Shown: positions 10,976-22,954, counted from the stretch's first letter. The stretch is DNA of 64,000 nt from an uncultured Acidobacteriota bacterium (GCA_963804995.1 CAWDSK010000006.1:736001-800000); one strand, 5' to 3'. Notes: generated by a model from the letters alone, not told the origin. Made by a program: numbers and translations.

Positions 10976-11464
10976 TTACCTCGCCTGGCGGCGCCGCTGG
11001 GGCGCGCGATAGGGGCCGCTCTTGCCTCCGCTCTTCTCGAGCAGGCGGAGGGCGGAGATTTCCATGCCGCGATCAGCCGCTTTGCACATGTCGTAAATAG
11101 TCAGTGCCGCAACGGCCGCCGCGGTGAGCGCTTCCATCTCAACTCCCGTGGGGCCGGTCGAACGCACTGTTGAGGAAATCTCTACGCCATTCTTACAGAA
11201 ATTCGCCTGAACATCAATATGACTCAACATTAACGGGTGGCAAAGCGGAATCAGCTCGGCGGTCCGCTTGGCCGCCGCAATACCCGCTATGCGGGCAATC
11301 TCCAAAGGATCACCCTTGGGATTGCGCCGGGCAGCACGCCGGGCGGCAGGACTCATCTTGATGTGCACGCTCGCTACCGCCTCCCGCAGCGTGTCGGGCT
11401 TCGCCGACACATCCACCATGCGGATGCGGCCAGAGGAATCGTAATGGCTTAATTTCTTGACCAT
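10976..11464 (-). CDS. moaC: Cyclic pyranopterin monophosphate synthase
   Basis: MVDVSAK, LIPLCHPL, TGVEMEAL, IYDMCKA, KSGGKSG. Confidence 0.97.
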   Translation of the reverse strand: MVKKLSHYDSSGRIRMVDVSAKPDTLREAVASVHIKMSPAARRAARRNPKGDPLEIARIAGIAAAKRTAELIPLCHPLMLSHIDVQANFCKNGVEISSTVRSTGPTGVEMEALTAAAVAALTIYDMCKAADRGMEISALRLLEKSGGKSGPYRAPQRRRQAR

Positions 11465-11500
11465 GTCTTAATCGAGTGGCAAGCAATGGGCATCCGAAAG

Positions 11501-11583
11501 ACGAAATCGAAACTCGAAATTCGAAACTCGCCACGATTTTCGATTGTGCCCAATCGTCCATCGGCAATCGAAAATCGGCAATC
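11501..11583. repeat. Intergenic heptamer tandem repeats (cgaaact)n and (caatcgg)n with internal inverted pairing
   Basis: cgaaatcgaaactcgaaattcgaaactcg; gattttcgattg ... caatcgtccatcggcaatcgaaaatcggcaatc. Confidence 0.8.
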
Positions 11584-11590
11584 TTGCTTG

Positions 11591-12799
11591 TCACTGCCCT
11601 TTCGGCAAAACGTCCACCCAGTCGCCGGCATCGAGGTTCGTCTCGTGGGGATGCACGACTAGAAAGCAATTGGCCGCGGCCACTCCCACCAGATCTCCTG
11701 AACCCTGCCAGCCCACCGGACATACTACCGGGTCGCCGGCCCGGGGTTCGAGGCGGGCCGGTAAAAACGCCGTCAAACCAAGCTTCTGCTGGAAAGGGTG
11801 GGCCAGACGGGCGCGCAAGAAGACGGGCGGCTCAAAAATCGCACCCCCCAACGCTGCGACCGCCAGGCGTGCAAACAGCTCAAAGGTGACGTAAGTCGAA
11901 ACCGGGTTGCCGGGCAATCCGAAAAAAAACGTGCCGCCCACACGACCAAAGACCAGGGGCTTTCCAGGGCGCAAGGCCACTCCCTGGAAATAGAAAGTCG
12001 CGCCGAGATCGCCCAGCGCTTGCTCCACGAGATCGTACTTCCCCACCGACACGCCGCCGCTGAGCAATAGCAGGTCAGCACTCAAGCCTTCCTGAATCAT
12101 TTCGCGCAGGGTCTCCAGGCGGTCCGGCGCAACCCCCAAGCGGCGGGGAATACCCCCGGCAGCGGCCACCTGGGCGGAGAGCGCCAGGGCGTTGCTGTTG
12201 CGAATCTGAAACCATTCCGGCCGTTGCTCAACGGGGACAACTTCATCCCCGGTGGGAAGAATGGCCACCACCGGTCGCGTGAACACGCTGACGCGCGATT
12301 TCCCGACGGTGGCCAGCAGACCAATTTCCCCGGCGCCTAACCGCCTGCCCCGCACCAGGACTCTCGCGCCGGCGGAGGCTTCACTTCCCTGCCGAACCAC
12401 ATTCTCACCGGAGCGAACGGCCCTTTGAATGTTAATCCGCTCACCCTGGGGTTCCGTGTACTCGACCATCACCACCGCGTCGGCGCCGGCAGGCAAGGGC
12501 GCGCCGGTCATGATGGAAACGCACTCGCCCGCGGCCACGTTGCCCTCGAAATGATTCCCGGCGCGAACTTCGCCCAGCAATCGCAGCGTAACCGGCGGCG
12601 CACTGACGTCCACAGCGCGAACCGCAAATCCATCACGAATGGCGCGATGGAAGGGCGGGTAATCGCGGTCGGCAGCGATTTCCTCAGCCAGGATGCGGCC
12701 CCGGGCTTCGTCAAGAGGCACGACTTCCGTGTCGGGGCTTAAATCTGCCGCCGCCAGCTTCTCCTTGACGATACCGAGAGCCTGCTCGAAGGAAATCAT
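11591..12799 (-). CDS. moeA: Molybdopterin molybdotransferase
   Basis: PPFHRAIRDGFAV, IMTGAPLPAGADAVV, SGGVSVGKYD, PGKPL, GLPGNPVS; start placed at ATG 12799 (MISFEQAL). Confidence 0.95.
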   Translation of the reverse strand: MISFEQALGIVKEKLAAADLSPDTEVVPLDEARGRILAEEIAADRDYPPFHRAIRDGFAVRAVDVSAPPVTLRLLGEVRAGNHFEGNVAAGECVSIMTGAPLPAGADAVVMVEYTEPQGERINIQRAVRSGENVVRQGSEASAGARVLVRGRRLGAGEIGLLATVGKSRVSVFTRPVVAILPTGDEVVPVEQRPEWFQIRNSNALALSAQVAAAGGIPRRLGVAPDRLETLREMIQEGLSADLLLLSGGVSVGKYDLVEQALGDLGATFYFQGVALRPGKPLVFGRVGGTFFFGLPGNPVSTYVTFELFARLAVAALGGAIFEPPVFLRARLAHPFQQKLGLTAFLPARLEPRAGDPVVCPVGWQGSGDLVGVAAANCFLVVHPHETNLDAGDWVDVLPKGQ

Positions 12800-12879
12800 T
12801 TGATTTTGGATTTTGGATATTTTTGATTTTGGATTTAAGACGGAAATGTGGTGACGCAACGTCCCTAATCCAAAATCAA
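12800..12879. repeat. Inverted heptamer repeats (gattttg)n / (aatccaa)n at the purA-moeA junction
   Basis: tgattttggattttggatatttttgattttggattt ... aatccaaaatcaaa. Confidence 0.8.
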
Positions 12880-14177
12880 ATGCCCCGGACAGCAGTCTCA
12901 TCCATCCAAATGCATTGCTCCCGCTCCGGGCCGGTAGAAACCATGGCGATCTTTACGCCGACCTGCTCCGCAAGGAAGCGGAGATAATCCTGGGCACGCG
13001 CCGGCAGCCGTGAAAAATCGCGGGTACCAAAGGTGGGCTGTTGCCAGCCCGGAACCGTACGGTAATGAACCGTGGCATGCTCCAGGCTTTCGATTTCCGG
13101 GGGAAAGTCCTTGAAGCGCTTTCCCTTGTATTCGTATTCGACGCCCACGGGAATTTCCGCCAAGGGGTCGAGGATATCAAGCTTAGTAATGATCAGCGCG
13201 GCCAGGTTGTTCACGCGCGTGCTGTAACGTGCCGCCGGGACGTCGAACCAACCGCAGCGGCGCGGGCGCCCGGTAACGGCGCCATACTCGCCGCCGCGCT
13301 CACGAATCTTTTCGCCCTCCGGGCCGGTAGCTTCGGTGGGGAAAGGCCCGCTTCCCACGCGGGTGGCGTAAGCCTTCGACACACCCACCACCGCACCGAT
13401 GCGCGTCGGCCCCACGCCGGTCCCGGTGCAGGCTCCGCCGGCAGCGGCGCTGGAAGAAGTCACATAGGGGTAGGTACCCTGGTCAAGATCCAGCAAAGTC
13501 CCTTGCGCACCCTCGAAGAGCACGCGTTTACCCTTGTCCATCTCCGCATTAAGATACGCGGAAACATCGGCGAGGTAGGGCACCATGCCACTAGCGGATG
13601 CGAGGTATTGATCCGCCAGTTCTGCGGCGTTGAGCGGGCCCTTGTCAAACAGCGCTGAGGCGATGCGGTTCTTTTCCGCGACAACCGCCGCACATTTCTC
13701 GCGGAACTGCGCGGGGTCACGCAAGTCACAAGCCCGCAGACCACGGCGGCCGGCCTTATCCTCATAAGTGGGCCCGATGCCTTTGGCCGTGGTTCCAATC
13801 TTGCCCACGCCGCGAGCCTCCTCTGCAGCCACTTCGTGCGCGCGGTGGTAAGGCAAAATCAGGTGCGCGCGGTCGCTGACCAGGAGGCGTCGGCCGACGC
13901 TCACACCGTTTGCTTCGATCTTCTGAATCTCCCGCAGCAGCGCCTCCGGATCGATTACCACGCCGTTCCCGAGGGCGGCAACCTTCTCCGGGCGAAGGAT
14001 ACCCGTAGGGAGAAGTTGCAGAACAAATTTCTTTTCTCCGATTCTAACGGTGTGCCCGGCGTTGGCTCCCCCCTGATAGCGCGCCACGATATCAAAGTGC
14101 TCCGCCAAGGCATCCACAACTTTGCCCTTGCCTTCGTCACCCCACTGAACACCTACAACTACAACATTGGTTGGCAT
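12876..14177 (-). CDS. purA: Adenylosuccinate synthetase
   Basis: QWGDEGKGK, GGANAGHT, EGAQG, TRVGSGPFPTE, TGRPRRCGWFD. Confidence 0.98.
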   Translation of the reverse strand: MPTNVVVVGVQWGDEGKGKVVDALAEHFDIVARYQGGANAGHTVRIGEKKFVLQLLPTGILRPEKVAALGNGVVIDPEALLREIQKIEANGVSVGRRLLVSDRAHLILPYHRAHEVAAEEARGVGKIGTTAKGIGPTYEDKAGRRGLRACDLRDPAQFREKCAAVVAEKNRIASALFDKGPLNAAELADQYLASASGMVPYLADVSAYLNAEMDKGKRVLFEGAQGTLLDLDQGTYPYVTSSSAAAGGACTGTGVGPTRIGAVVGVSKAYATRVGSGPFPTEATGPEGEKIRERGGEYGAVTGRPRRCGWFDVPAARYSTRVNNLAALIITKLDILDPLAEIPVGVEYEYKGKRFKDFPPEIESLEHATVHYRTVPGWQQPTFGTRDFSRLPARAQDYLRFLAEQVGVKIAMVSTGPEREQCIWMDETAVRGI

Positions 14178-14417
14178 GCTGAGCCTGCTTTTTTCTGGGA
14201 CGCAACCGCGTCCGTTGATTCTGCCCCGGATGGTTTTAAAAATGCCAGGGGAGTATAAGGCTGCCGACGCGGCCGGAGGTTCATTCGTCTTAGTGGCGGC
14301 CCCCCGCCATCTGAAACCAGAATCACCGTCCCGACGAGTCTTTCAACAATCTGCTAGAGGTGCTTATCGAGTAATTTGCTGATCACGTCCTTCAACGTCG
14401 TCCCCACCAACCGAAGA

Positions 14418-15863
14418 TCAAGCTTTGGCCTTCTGCAAGGTCTGATAGATTTTGGCGTACGCCTTGGCGGAGCTGGCCCAGGAAGAATCCTTCTTCATTC
14501 CGTTGTGCATCAGCTTTTGCCAGGTCTTGGGGGCCGCATAAGCCTCGAGAGCCATCTGGATTGTGGCCAACAAGGCCTGCGGCGAGTATTCCAGGAATTT
14601 GAATCCCGTCCCGGTTTTGCCATCGAAAGGCTCGATCGTGTCATCAAGGCCCCCTGTCGCCCGCACTATGGGGACAGTGCCATACTTGAGGCTGTAAATC
14701 TGGTTGAGCCCGCACGGCTCATAACGAGAGGGCATCAGGAACATGTCCGCGCCGGCTTCGATCTGGTGGGCCAGGGTGTTGTCGTAAGCAATCTTCACCA
14801 GGAACTTCTCCGGATACTTCGCCGCCATGGTGCGGAACAACTCCTCGTGCGGAGGCTCACCCGTGCCCAGCGCCACAACGTAAAGGTCGAGCGCCGCCAG
14901 TTGCTCAGCGATGCTGGCGATCAGGTCAAATCCTTTTTGCGAGGCAAAGCGCGAAACAATGCCGATGACCGGCCGCCGCAATACCGGAGATTGCACTCCC
15001 ATTCTCTCGAGTAAAGCTTTCTTGCAGGCTTCCTTGCCCTTCAGGCTGGTGGGCGAGTAGTTGGCCGCGATCAGTTTGTCGGTAGCAGGATTCCAGGCCT
15101 CGTAGTCGACGCCATTCACAATTCCTTGCAGGTGGTCGGCACGCGAGCGGAGCACGCCCTCCAGGCCATAACCGAACTCAGGTGTTTGAATCTCCTCCGC
15201 GTACTTACGGCTTACGGTAGTGATGAAATCGGAAAAGATAATACCGCCCTTGAGCAGGTTCACCATTCCGTAATACTCCAGGCCGTCGACAGTAAAAAGG
15301 CCAGCGTGGAGCGAAATCTGGGGCAGCAGATGCGGAGGGAAAAGACCCTGATAGCCCAGGTTGTGAATGGTGAATACGACTGACGTGTTCTGAAAGTACC
15401 CGTCATCCTGATAGAGATTGCGCAGATAAATCGGAGCGAGCGCCGACTGCCAATCGTGGCAATGAATGATGTCAGGAGCAGCCGTGCTGTGCTTCAGAAA
15501 CTCCAGCGCCGCCAATGAAAAAGCAGCAAACCGGTGCGCATTGTCCGGATAATCTACACCCTTGTCCTGATAAAGGCCCTCGCGGTCGAAATACTCGGGG
15601 CAATCAACAAGGTAAGTCTGTACGCCGTTTGCCCGCCCGCCATCCTGGACGGACGCGAACTTGAATCCCGGACCGAGGGGCAAGGTAAGGCTCGCGGCTC
15701 CGGGCACGGTGGGTCCCGGCTTGGTCATGCGATAGCGAGGCAGAATGACTTCCAATTCGTGCCCCATCGCGGCGAGCGCTTTAGGCAGAGCGCCTACAAC
15801 GTCTGCCAGTCCGCCCGTTTTGGAATGCGGAACACCTTCGGATGCGACGAAGGCAACTTTCAC
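14418..15863 (-). CDS. glgA: Glycogen synthase
   Basis: KTGGLADV, HCHDWQ, TIHNLGYQG, PSRYEPCGLNQ; GTG start after AGGAGG. Confidence 0.96.
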   Translation of the reverse strand: MKVAFVASEGVPHSKTGGLADVVGALPKALAAMGHELEVILPRYRMTKPGPTVPGAASLTLPLGPGFKFASVQDGGRANGVQTYLVDCPEYFDREGLYQDKGVDYPDNAHRFAAFSLAALEFLKHSTAAPDIIHCHDWQSALAPIYLRNLYQDDGYFQNTSVVFTIHNLGYQGLFPPHLLPQISLHAGLFTVDGLEYYGMVNLLKGGIIFSDFITTVSRKYAEEIQTPEFGYGLEGVLRSRADHLQGIVNGVDYEAWNPATDKLIAANYSPTSLKGKEACKKALLERMGVQSPVLRRPVIGIVSRFASQKGFDLIASIAEQLAALDLYVVALGTGEPPHEELFRTMAAKYPEKFLVKIAYDNTLAHQIEAGADMFLMPSRYEPCGLNQIYSLKYGTVPIVRATGGLDDTIEPFDGKTGTGFKFLEYSPQALLATIQMALEAYAAPKTWQKLMHNGMKKDSSWASSAKAYAKIYQTLQKAKA

Positions 15864-16031
15864 GCCGCTCCTCCTTTTGGCGAGATCAAACCCCAAACTT
15901 CGTTACGTTAGAGGATGCCTCCAGCAAAGTCAAGGACTCTGCGGTCATGCTATGATGTGGCGCGGCCCTTGTAACGACGAGCCTCTCTGCCGGACCGGTG
16001 CGCGTTCACGCTATAGGGTCCTGCACCTCAC

Positions 16032-16841
16032 ATGCCCGCGAGCGAACGTCCCAAACTCGGACAACACTTCCTTCAGGATGAAGGCTATCGAAGAAAGATT
16101 CTCGATCATCTCCACCTTCCTGAGCATGGTCTGGTGATCGAAATCGGTCCGGGACGCGGGGCTATGACCGGGTTGCTGGCAGAACGCTTTCAGAAGGTTG
16201 TCGCGATCGAGATCGATTCCGCGCTCGCACGGAAACTCCAGGAGGCGTACGCCGAGGTACCTCGCGTTGCGATACTTCAGGCGGATGTGCTGACTGTGGA
16301 TTTTGCGGAAATGTGCCGGCAGCAAGGCGTCGCCGAGTGTTCGGTAATTGGAAACCTGCCCTATTACATTACCTCGCCCATCTTGCATCGCCTGTTCGCA
16401 TACCGGGATTGCATTCGCGCCATGGGCTTGCTCGTGCAACGCGAAGTCGCAGAGCGGGTGACGGCTGAACCCGGCACCCGCGATTACGGCTACCTTACGG
16501 TCTTGGCCCAACTCTACTCCCAGCCCCGGGTTGTGCTGGCCGTCCCACCCGGGGCCTTCTCACCTCCACCCAAAGTGCACTCGGCGCTGGTGACATTTCA
16601 AATGAGGCCCAGATTTCCAAAGTGGACAGGTGCGCAATGCGAGGAATTCCTGGAATTCGTGAAACGTTGTTTTGCTCAGAAGCGGAAGACCCTGCTCAAC
16701 AACCTGGCACTTGCATTTTCACGACCCCAAGTGGCGCAGGCGCTGGCTGGGGTGGGCAAGGCTCAGAATCTACGCGCAGAACAACTTTCTGTGGAAGAAC
16801 TCGCGGCGGTCTTCGAACACCTTGCCCGCGGCACCGTCTAG
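16032..16841 (+). CDS. rsmA: 16S rRNA m6,2A dimethyltransferase
   Basis: LGQHFL, EIGPGRG, GNLPYYITSPI, QREVAER, PPPKVHS, RAEQLS. Confidence 0.97.
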   Translation: MPASERPKLGQHFLQDEGYRRKILDHLHLPEHGLVIEIGPGRGAMTGLLAERFQKVVAIEIDSALARKLQEAYAEVPRVAILQADVLTVDFAEMCRQQGVAECSVIGNLPYYITSPILHRLFAYRDCIRAMGLLVQREVAERVTAEPGTRDYGYLTVLAQLYSQPRVVLAVPPGAFSPPPKVHSALVTFQMRPRFPKWTGAQCEEFLEFVKRCFAQKRKTLLNNLALAFSRPQVAQALAGVGKAQNLRAEQLSVEELAAVFEHLARGTV

Positions 16842-16850
16842 GCTAGATGT

Positions 16851-18228
16851 TCAGTGGCCCATCTTACCAACTATCTGGTTATAGATCGCGATGACCTGGG
16901 CGTTGTTCGGATCAAGCTGGTAAGCGAGGCGAATCTCCCCGAAACCCTCTGCAAAATTCCCTTTCAGGCACAGCAGCAGGCCAAGGTTGGCATGGGCCAC
17001 CGCAAACTTGGGATCCAAACGAACCGCCTCGCGGTACTCAGTCTCGGCACCGGCGCGGTCTCCCTGCTGGCCGAGCGCCAGACCGAGCATATTGTGGGCA
17101 ATGGCGTTTCCAGGGTTCGAGCCGCACCGTTTCACGGTATTCGTCCGCCGCCGCAGGCAGATTCTTTTGCTGGGCCAGAACCATTCCATGCACCAGGTGT
17201 GGATACGGGGTATTGGGGTTCACATGCATCGCGTACTGAACCTCCGCGTTCGCGCCATTCGTGTCACCCTTGGCGCCGAGGGCGTAGCCCAGATTGGAAT
17301 GGGCCACCACGGAGTCGGGCTGCAAACGCAGCGCTTCCCGATATTCGGCAATGGCGCCATCCCAATCTGCTTTGGCGGCGAGAGCGTTGGCGTAATCATT
17401 GTGCGGAAACCAGGTGTAAGGGTCCAGGTTGAGCGCTTGGCGAAACTCGCTGATGGCGCCATCCGTATCTCTCTTTTCGATGAGCAGAATCTGGGCGCTG
17501 GCGTAATGGCCCGCGGCGCTATCGGGAGCCATAGCGGCGGTCTTGTGCATCTCCGTCATCGCACCCGGCACGTCATGCACGTTATAGAATGAAGCTGCCA
17601 GGATATTCCTGGCTTGCAGGTCCTGAGGATTCAGTCGTAAAGCCTCACGCAACTCGGGGATCGCTGGGGCGGCGTCCCCCCGCAGGGCGAGAGCCAATCC
17701 GAGAGCAGCGTGAGCTTCCGCCGACCGGGGGTCTATCTGTATCGCATTACGATATTCCCCCAGAGCCTCATTCCATTTCTGTTGCTTACATAAGACGCGC
17801 CCTAGACCAACATGCAATGTGCTGTTTTGGGACTGTACGGCCAGCGCCGCGCGGTATTCCTGCTCGGCCTGGGGATAGGATTCCTGCTTTTCGAGTTCCA
17901 TCGCCCGGGCCAGATGCTGTTCCACCTGGAGATCCCCCGCCGGCCGCTGGACAGGAGTGGGATTGCTCCCGGCTCCCCCGGCCTCACGGAGTGCCCGGAG
18001 CAGATCATCCTTCCCTCCCGCGGCGCGCACTTTCCTGAGGTAATCCTCCGCTGGAGTGAAATCGATACCGTTCTCCCCCACCAGCATGGTCACGCGCGAG
18101 CTGGGGACATAATTATTCAGGAGATAGAGAATATCGTCACGGGTCAGTATCTTCTTGGGGGGGTGCGGAGAAGCGGCGATTGCCAGGCTGGCCACCCATA
18201 GAATGACGAAAGCCAAGGAAGTCTTCAC
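16851..18228 (-). CDS. Secreted TPR-repeat protein; apparent frameshift near 17110
   Basis: Signal peptide, repeated EYREALRLxP / AHxNLG TPRs; the last TPRs continue in ORF 16851-17189. Confidence 0.8.
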
Positions 18229-18747
18229 AGGTTGTACCTCCCAGGTTCTGGAAATGACTCTGCCTTGCCGCAAGGATACGACGGAAGAACCATCGACACA
18301 AGTCCGTGAGAAAGGCCTGAGAAAGCATGGCGGCGACCCTGGTGGCGGGGGGAATACGTTCGCCCTGAAGGATTAATCAGCCACCCCGCTAAGAGTAATC
18401 GCCAATTGCTTCGCGAGGCAATAACGAGGAGGGTTTGCGCAAGTAAAACAACCCGCATTTGCACGTATTTTCCTGTTGATTCTCCGCACCCGGAATGTGC
18501 TAACATTAAAGGCGCTTCAGGGGCCGACTGCCCATTCGTATCAGGACGAGACAAGCCGACCATGCTGCAAAGAATTTCCTAAGTACCGTCCTCTTGAAGG
18601 AGAGGATTGTTTCAGGTTGCTCACGCGGCTTCCGATAACTCCGCTCGCCGAAGCCGCGTGCGAGGCTGAATACAGAAGGTCCCGCGAATTGGCAGTTCCA
18701 GGGAAAGTTTGCTCCAACATCTCAAATACCAGCTCGGAGGGTAAGAA

Positions 18748-19761
18748 ATGAAACGTCTGCTGAAGGTCGCAGGAATGATACTCGTGGTTATTGCTCTTCT
18801 CTTAGTAGGGGCCATCACCATGACCATTGGCTGGCGGCCCTTCCTTGGACCGAAGGTGCGCCCCTTGACCGGAAGGAAATTCGAACGGACACCGGAAAGG
18901 TTGAAGCGCGGAGAGTACATGGTTGAGAACCTGGGGTGCTTTGATTGCCACGGCGAGCACGACTGGACGAAGCACCCGGCTCCCCTGACTGAGGGCACAC
19001 GCGGCGCTGGTTACGCTAACTTTCCCATGGCGGGGTTACCCGGCCGCATTGTTCCCTCCAATATCACTCCGGACCCTGAAACCGGCGCCGGCACTTGGAG
19101 CGACGACCAACTGGCGCGCGCTATCCGCGAAGGCATTGGCCACGACGGGCGAGCGCTCTTCCCCTTGATGCCCTACCAGGCCTTCGCTCACATGTCGGAT
19201 GAAGACCTGGCCTCGGTGATTGTTTATATCCGCTCCATTCCACCTGTGCATAAAGCGCTGCCCCCCACGGAGATTATCTTTCCGGTAAAATACCTCATTC
19301 GTAGCGCGCCGCAACCCATCACCGCACCCGTTCCCCCGCCGGATCTATCCACGCCTGTGAAGCGGGGCGAGTACCTTGTGGCTGTCGCAGCATGCGCCGA
19401 TTGCCACACCCCCCAAGTCAAAGGGCAGCCGGTACCCGGCATGGAATTCGCTGGAGGTTTTATTCTGGATGGACCCTGGGGGCGCGTTGCCAGTGCCAAC
19501 ATCACGCCGGATCCCTCCGGCATTTCCTATTACGACGAGGCCCTGTTTCTTGAGATGATTCGCACGGGATACGTCAAAGCGCGGAAGATTAACCAGATCA
19601 TGCCCTGTGACCATTACCGGAACCTCACCGAGGAAGATTTAAAGAGCATTTTCGCTTACTTGCGCACGCTGAAGCCCGTCAAGCACCGCGTGGACAATAC
19701 GGAGCGACCCGCCCTCTGCAAGATTTGCGGAAGTGTGCATGGGTTGGGAAGTCAGAACTGA
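18748..19761 (+). CDS. Membrane-anchored di-heme c-type cytochrome
   Basis: CFDCH and CADCH heme motifs, SNITPD repeats, N-terminal TM. Confidence 0.9.
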   Translation: MKRLLKVAGMILVVIALLLVGAITMTIGWRPFLGPKVRPLTGRKFERTPERLKRGEYMVENLGCFDCHGEHDWTKHPAPLTEGTRGAGYANFPMAGLPGRIVPSNITPDPETGAGTWSDDQLARAIREGIGHDGRALFPLMPYQAFAHMSDEDLASVIVYIRSIPPVHKALPPTEIIFPVKYLIRSAPQPITAPVPPPDLSTPVKRGEYLVAVAACADCHTPQVKGQPVPGMEFAGGFILDGPWGRVASANITPDPSGISYYDEALFLEMIRTGYVKARKINQIMPCDHYRNLTEEDLKSIFAYLRTLKPVKHRVDNTERPALCKICGSVHGLGSQN

Positions 19762-19878
19762 TCCGAGCTTCGCCTGACTCATGGTGCTTCTGCCGCAAAG
19801 CCCCCCGCTGGAGGTCTCCCCTGCGGCCGCACACCTTAAGATTGTGTGTTAGCATAGATCGACACACAGGAGGATCGC

Positions 19879-21552
<1,674 letters not shown>

Positions 21553-21559
21553 TCATAAC

Positions 21560-21592
21560 GGATTTTGGATTTTAGATTTTGGATTTTGGATT
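21560..21592. repeat. Heptamer repeat (ggatttt)n, left arm
   Basis: ggattttggattttagattttggattttggatt. Confidence 0.9.
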
Positions 21593-21642
21593 GAAGAATT
21601 TTGCTTGGGATTTGGGTTCTTATCCCTTCCGAACGCACTGCT

Positions 21643-21996
21643 ATGGACGAGCAAACATTTAAGAACAGGACCAAGCGGTTTGCTTTGGAAGTCATCCGAT
21701 TGCTTGAATCGCTCCCGCGTAACAGGACTACCGAAGTGATCGGACGGCAATTGTTGCGCGCGGGGACTTCGGTCGGAGCGAATTACCGTGCGGCGTGCCG
21801 AGGGAAATCGATTTCTGACGTCGTCGCCAAGCTCGGAATTGTCGAAGAGGAGGCGGACGAGTCAATCTATTGGATGGAATTACTAATTGACGCGGGGGTA
21901 ATTGCACCGAATCGCGTAGATGCCATCAAGAAAGAAGCCAATGAGCTACTCGCCATGACGGTTGCATCCATCAAGACCCTGCGCACCCGCAGATAG
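21643..21996 (+). CDS. Four-helix-bundle protein (23S rRNA IVP / Avd-like family)
   Basis: RTKRFALEVI...QLLRAGTSVGANYRAACR...KLGIVEEEADESIYWMELL signature. Confidence 0.9.
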   Translation: MDEQTFKNRTKRFALEVIRLLESLPRNRTTEVIGRQLLRAGTSVGANYRAACRGKSISDVVAKLGIVEEEADESIYWMELLIDAGVIAPNRVDAIKKEANELLAMTVASIKTLRTRR

Positions 21997-22017
21997 CGTC
22001 TAGAAGTGAGATCGATT

Positions 22018-22042
22018 AATCCAAAATCGAAAATCCAAAATC
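22018..22042. repeat. Heptamer repeat (aatccaa)n, right arm, inverted to 21560-21592
   Basis: aatccaaaatcgaaaatccaaaatc. Confidence 0.9.
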
Positions 22043-22051
22043 AGGTGCCCC

Positions 22052-22954
22052 ATGCCTCTATACCAAGCCATCGTTCTTGCCATCGTGCAAGGTCTGACAG
22101 AGTTCCTCCCGGTTTCGAGCACGGCGCACCTTTGGTTGGTTCCGTGGCTCCTGCAATGGAAAGATCCGGGCCTCACCTTTGACATCGCTCTGCACGCAGG
22201 GACGCTCGTCGCTGTACTCGGCTATTTCTGGCGCTATTGGCTCGAGATGGTCAAGATGGTGTTGGGAATCAGCGGGGGCAATACCCACACGGCGGCGGCG
22301 TCTGGCACAACGGCTGCTCTGAATCCAAAATCCAAAATCGAAAATCCAAAATCAGCGGCGGGCCCCATCGCATTGCTCGGGGAGAACCGCCAACTCTTCT
22401 GGTTCCTGGTCATTGCCACGATCCCTGCAGGGATTGCAGGATGGCTCTTTGAGCACGCCGCGGATGAGCAATTGCGCTCGCCGATCATCGTCGGCTCCGC
22501 GCTCATCATCGTGGGTCTGATAATGGGTGCAGGAGAGCGGGTCGGTCGCCGCGAGCACGACCTGGGTCACGTGGGACTGGTGGATTCCATCATCGTCGGC
22601 GTGGCGCAGGCATTTTCCGTGATCCCGGGCGTTTCGCGTTCGGGCTCGACCATGGCCGCGGGCCTGTTTCGCAACATGAAGCGCGAGACGGCGGCGCGCT
22701 TTTCCTTTCTGCTCTCCACCCCCATTATCGCGGGCGCGGCTCTCAAAAAAGGACTGGAGATTCACCATGCCGGCCTGCCCGCGGACATGCGCCTGCCCTT
22801 CCTGGTGGGCATTATGGTATCGGCAGTCGTCGGATATCTGGTCATTGCCGTACTCATTCGTTTCCTCGAGCGCCGGACCTTCACAGTTTTCGTTGTTTAC
22901 CGGATTGTATTAGGCGTGATAATATTGCTCCTTGGATGGGGATTGCGTCACTAA
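22052..22954 (+). CDS. uppP: Undecaprenyl-diphosphatase (BacA family) with a repeat-derived loop insertion
   Basis: QGLTEFLPVSSTAH, PGVSRSGST, AARFSFLLS. Confidence 0.95.
   Translation: MPLYQAIVLAIVQGLTEFLPVSSTAHLWLVPWLLQWKDPGLTFDIALHAGTLVAVLGYFWRYWLEMVKMVLGISGGNTHTAAASGTTAALNPKSKIENPKSAAGPIALLGENRQLFWFLVIATIPAGIAGWLFEHAADEQLRSPIIVGSALIIVGLIMGAGERVGRREHDLGHVGLVDSIIVGVAQAFSVIPGVSRSGSTMAAGLFRNMKRETAARFSFLLSTPIIAGAALKKGLEIHHAGLPADMRLPFLVGIMVSAVVGYLVIAVLIRFLERRTFTVFVVYRIVLGVIILLLGWGLRH

Noticed and set aside
12800..12901. N-terminal extension of MoeA in the ORF track
   Set aside because: It is translated heptamer repeat overlapping purA; ATG 12799 fits the family start
21643..21996. Diversity-generating retroelement (Avd-like gene)
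   Set aside because: No reverse transcriptase and no TR/VR pair seen in the window
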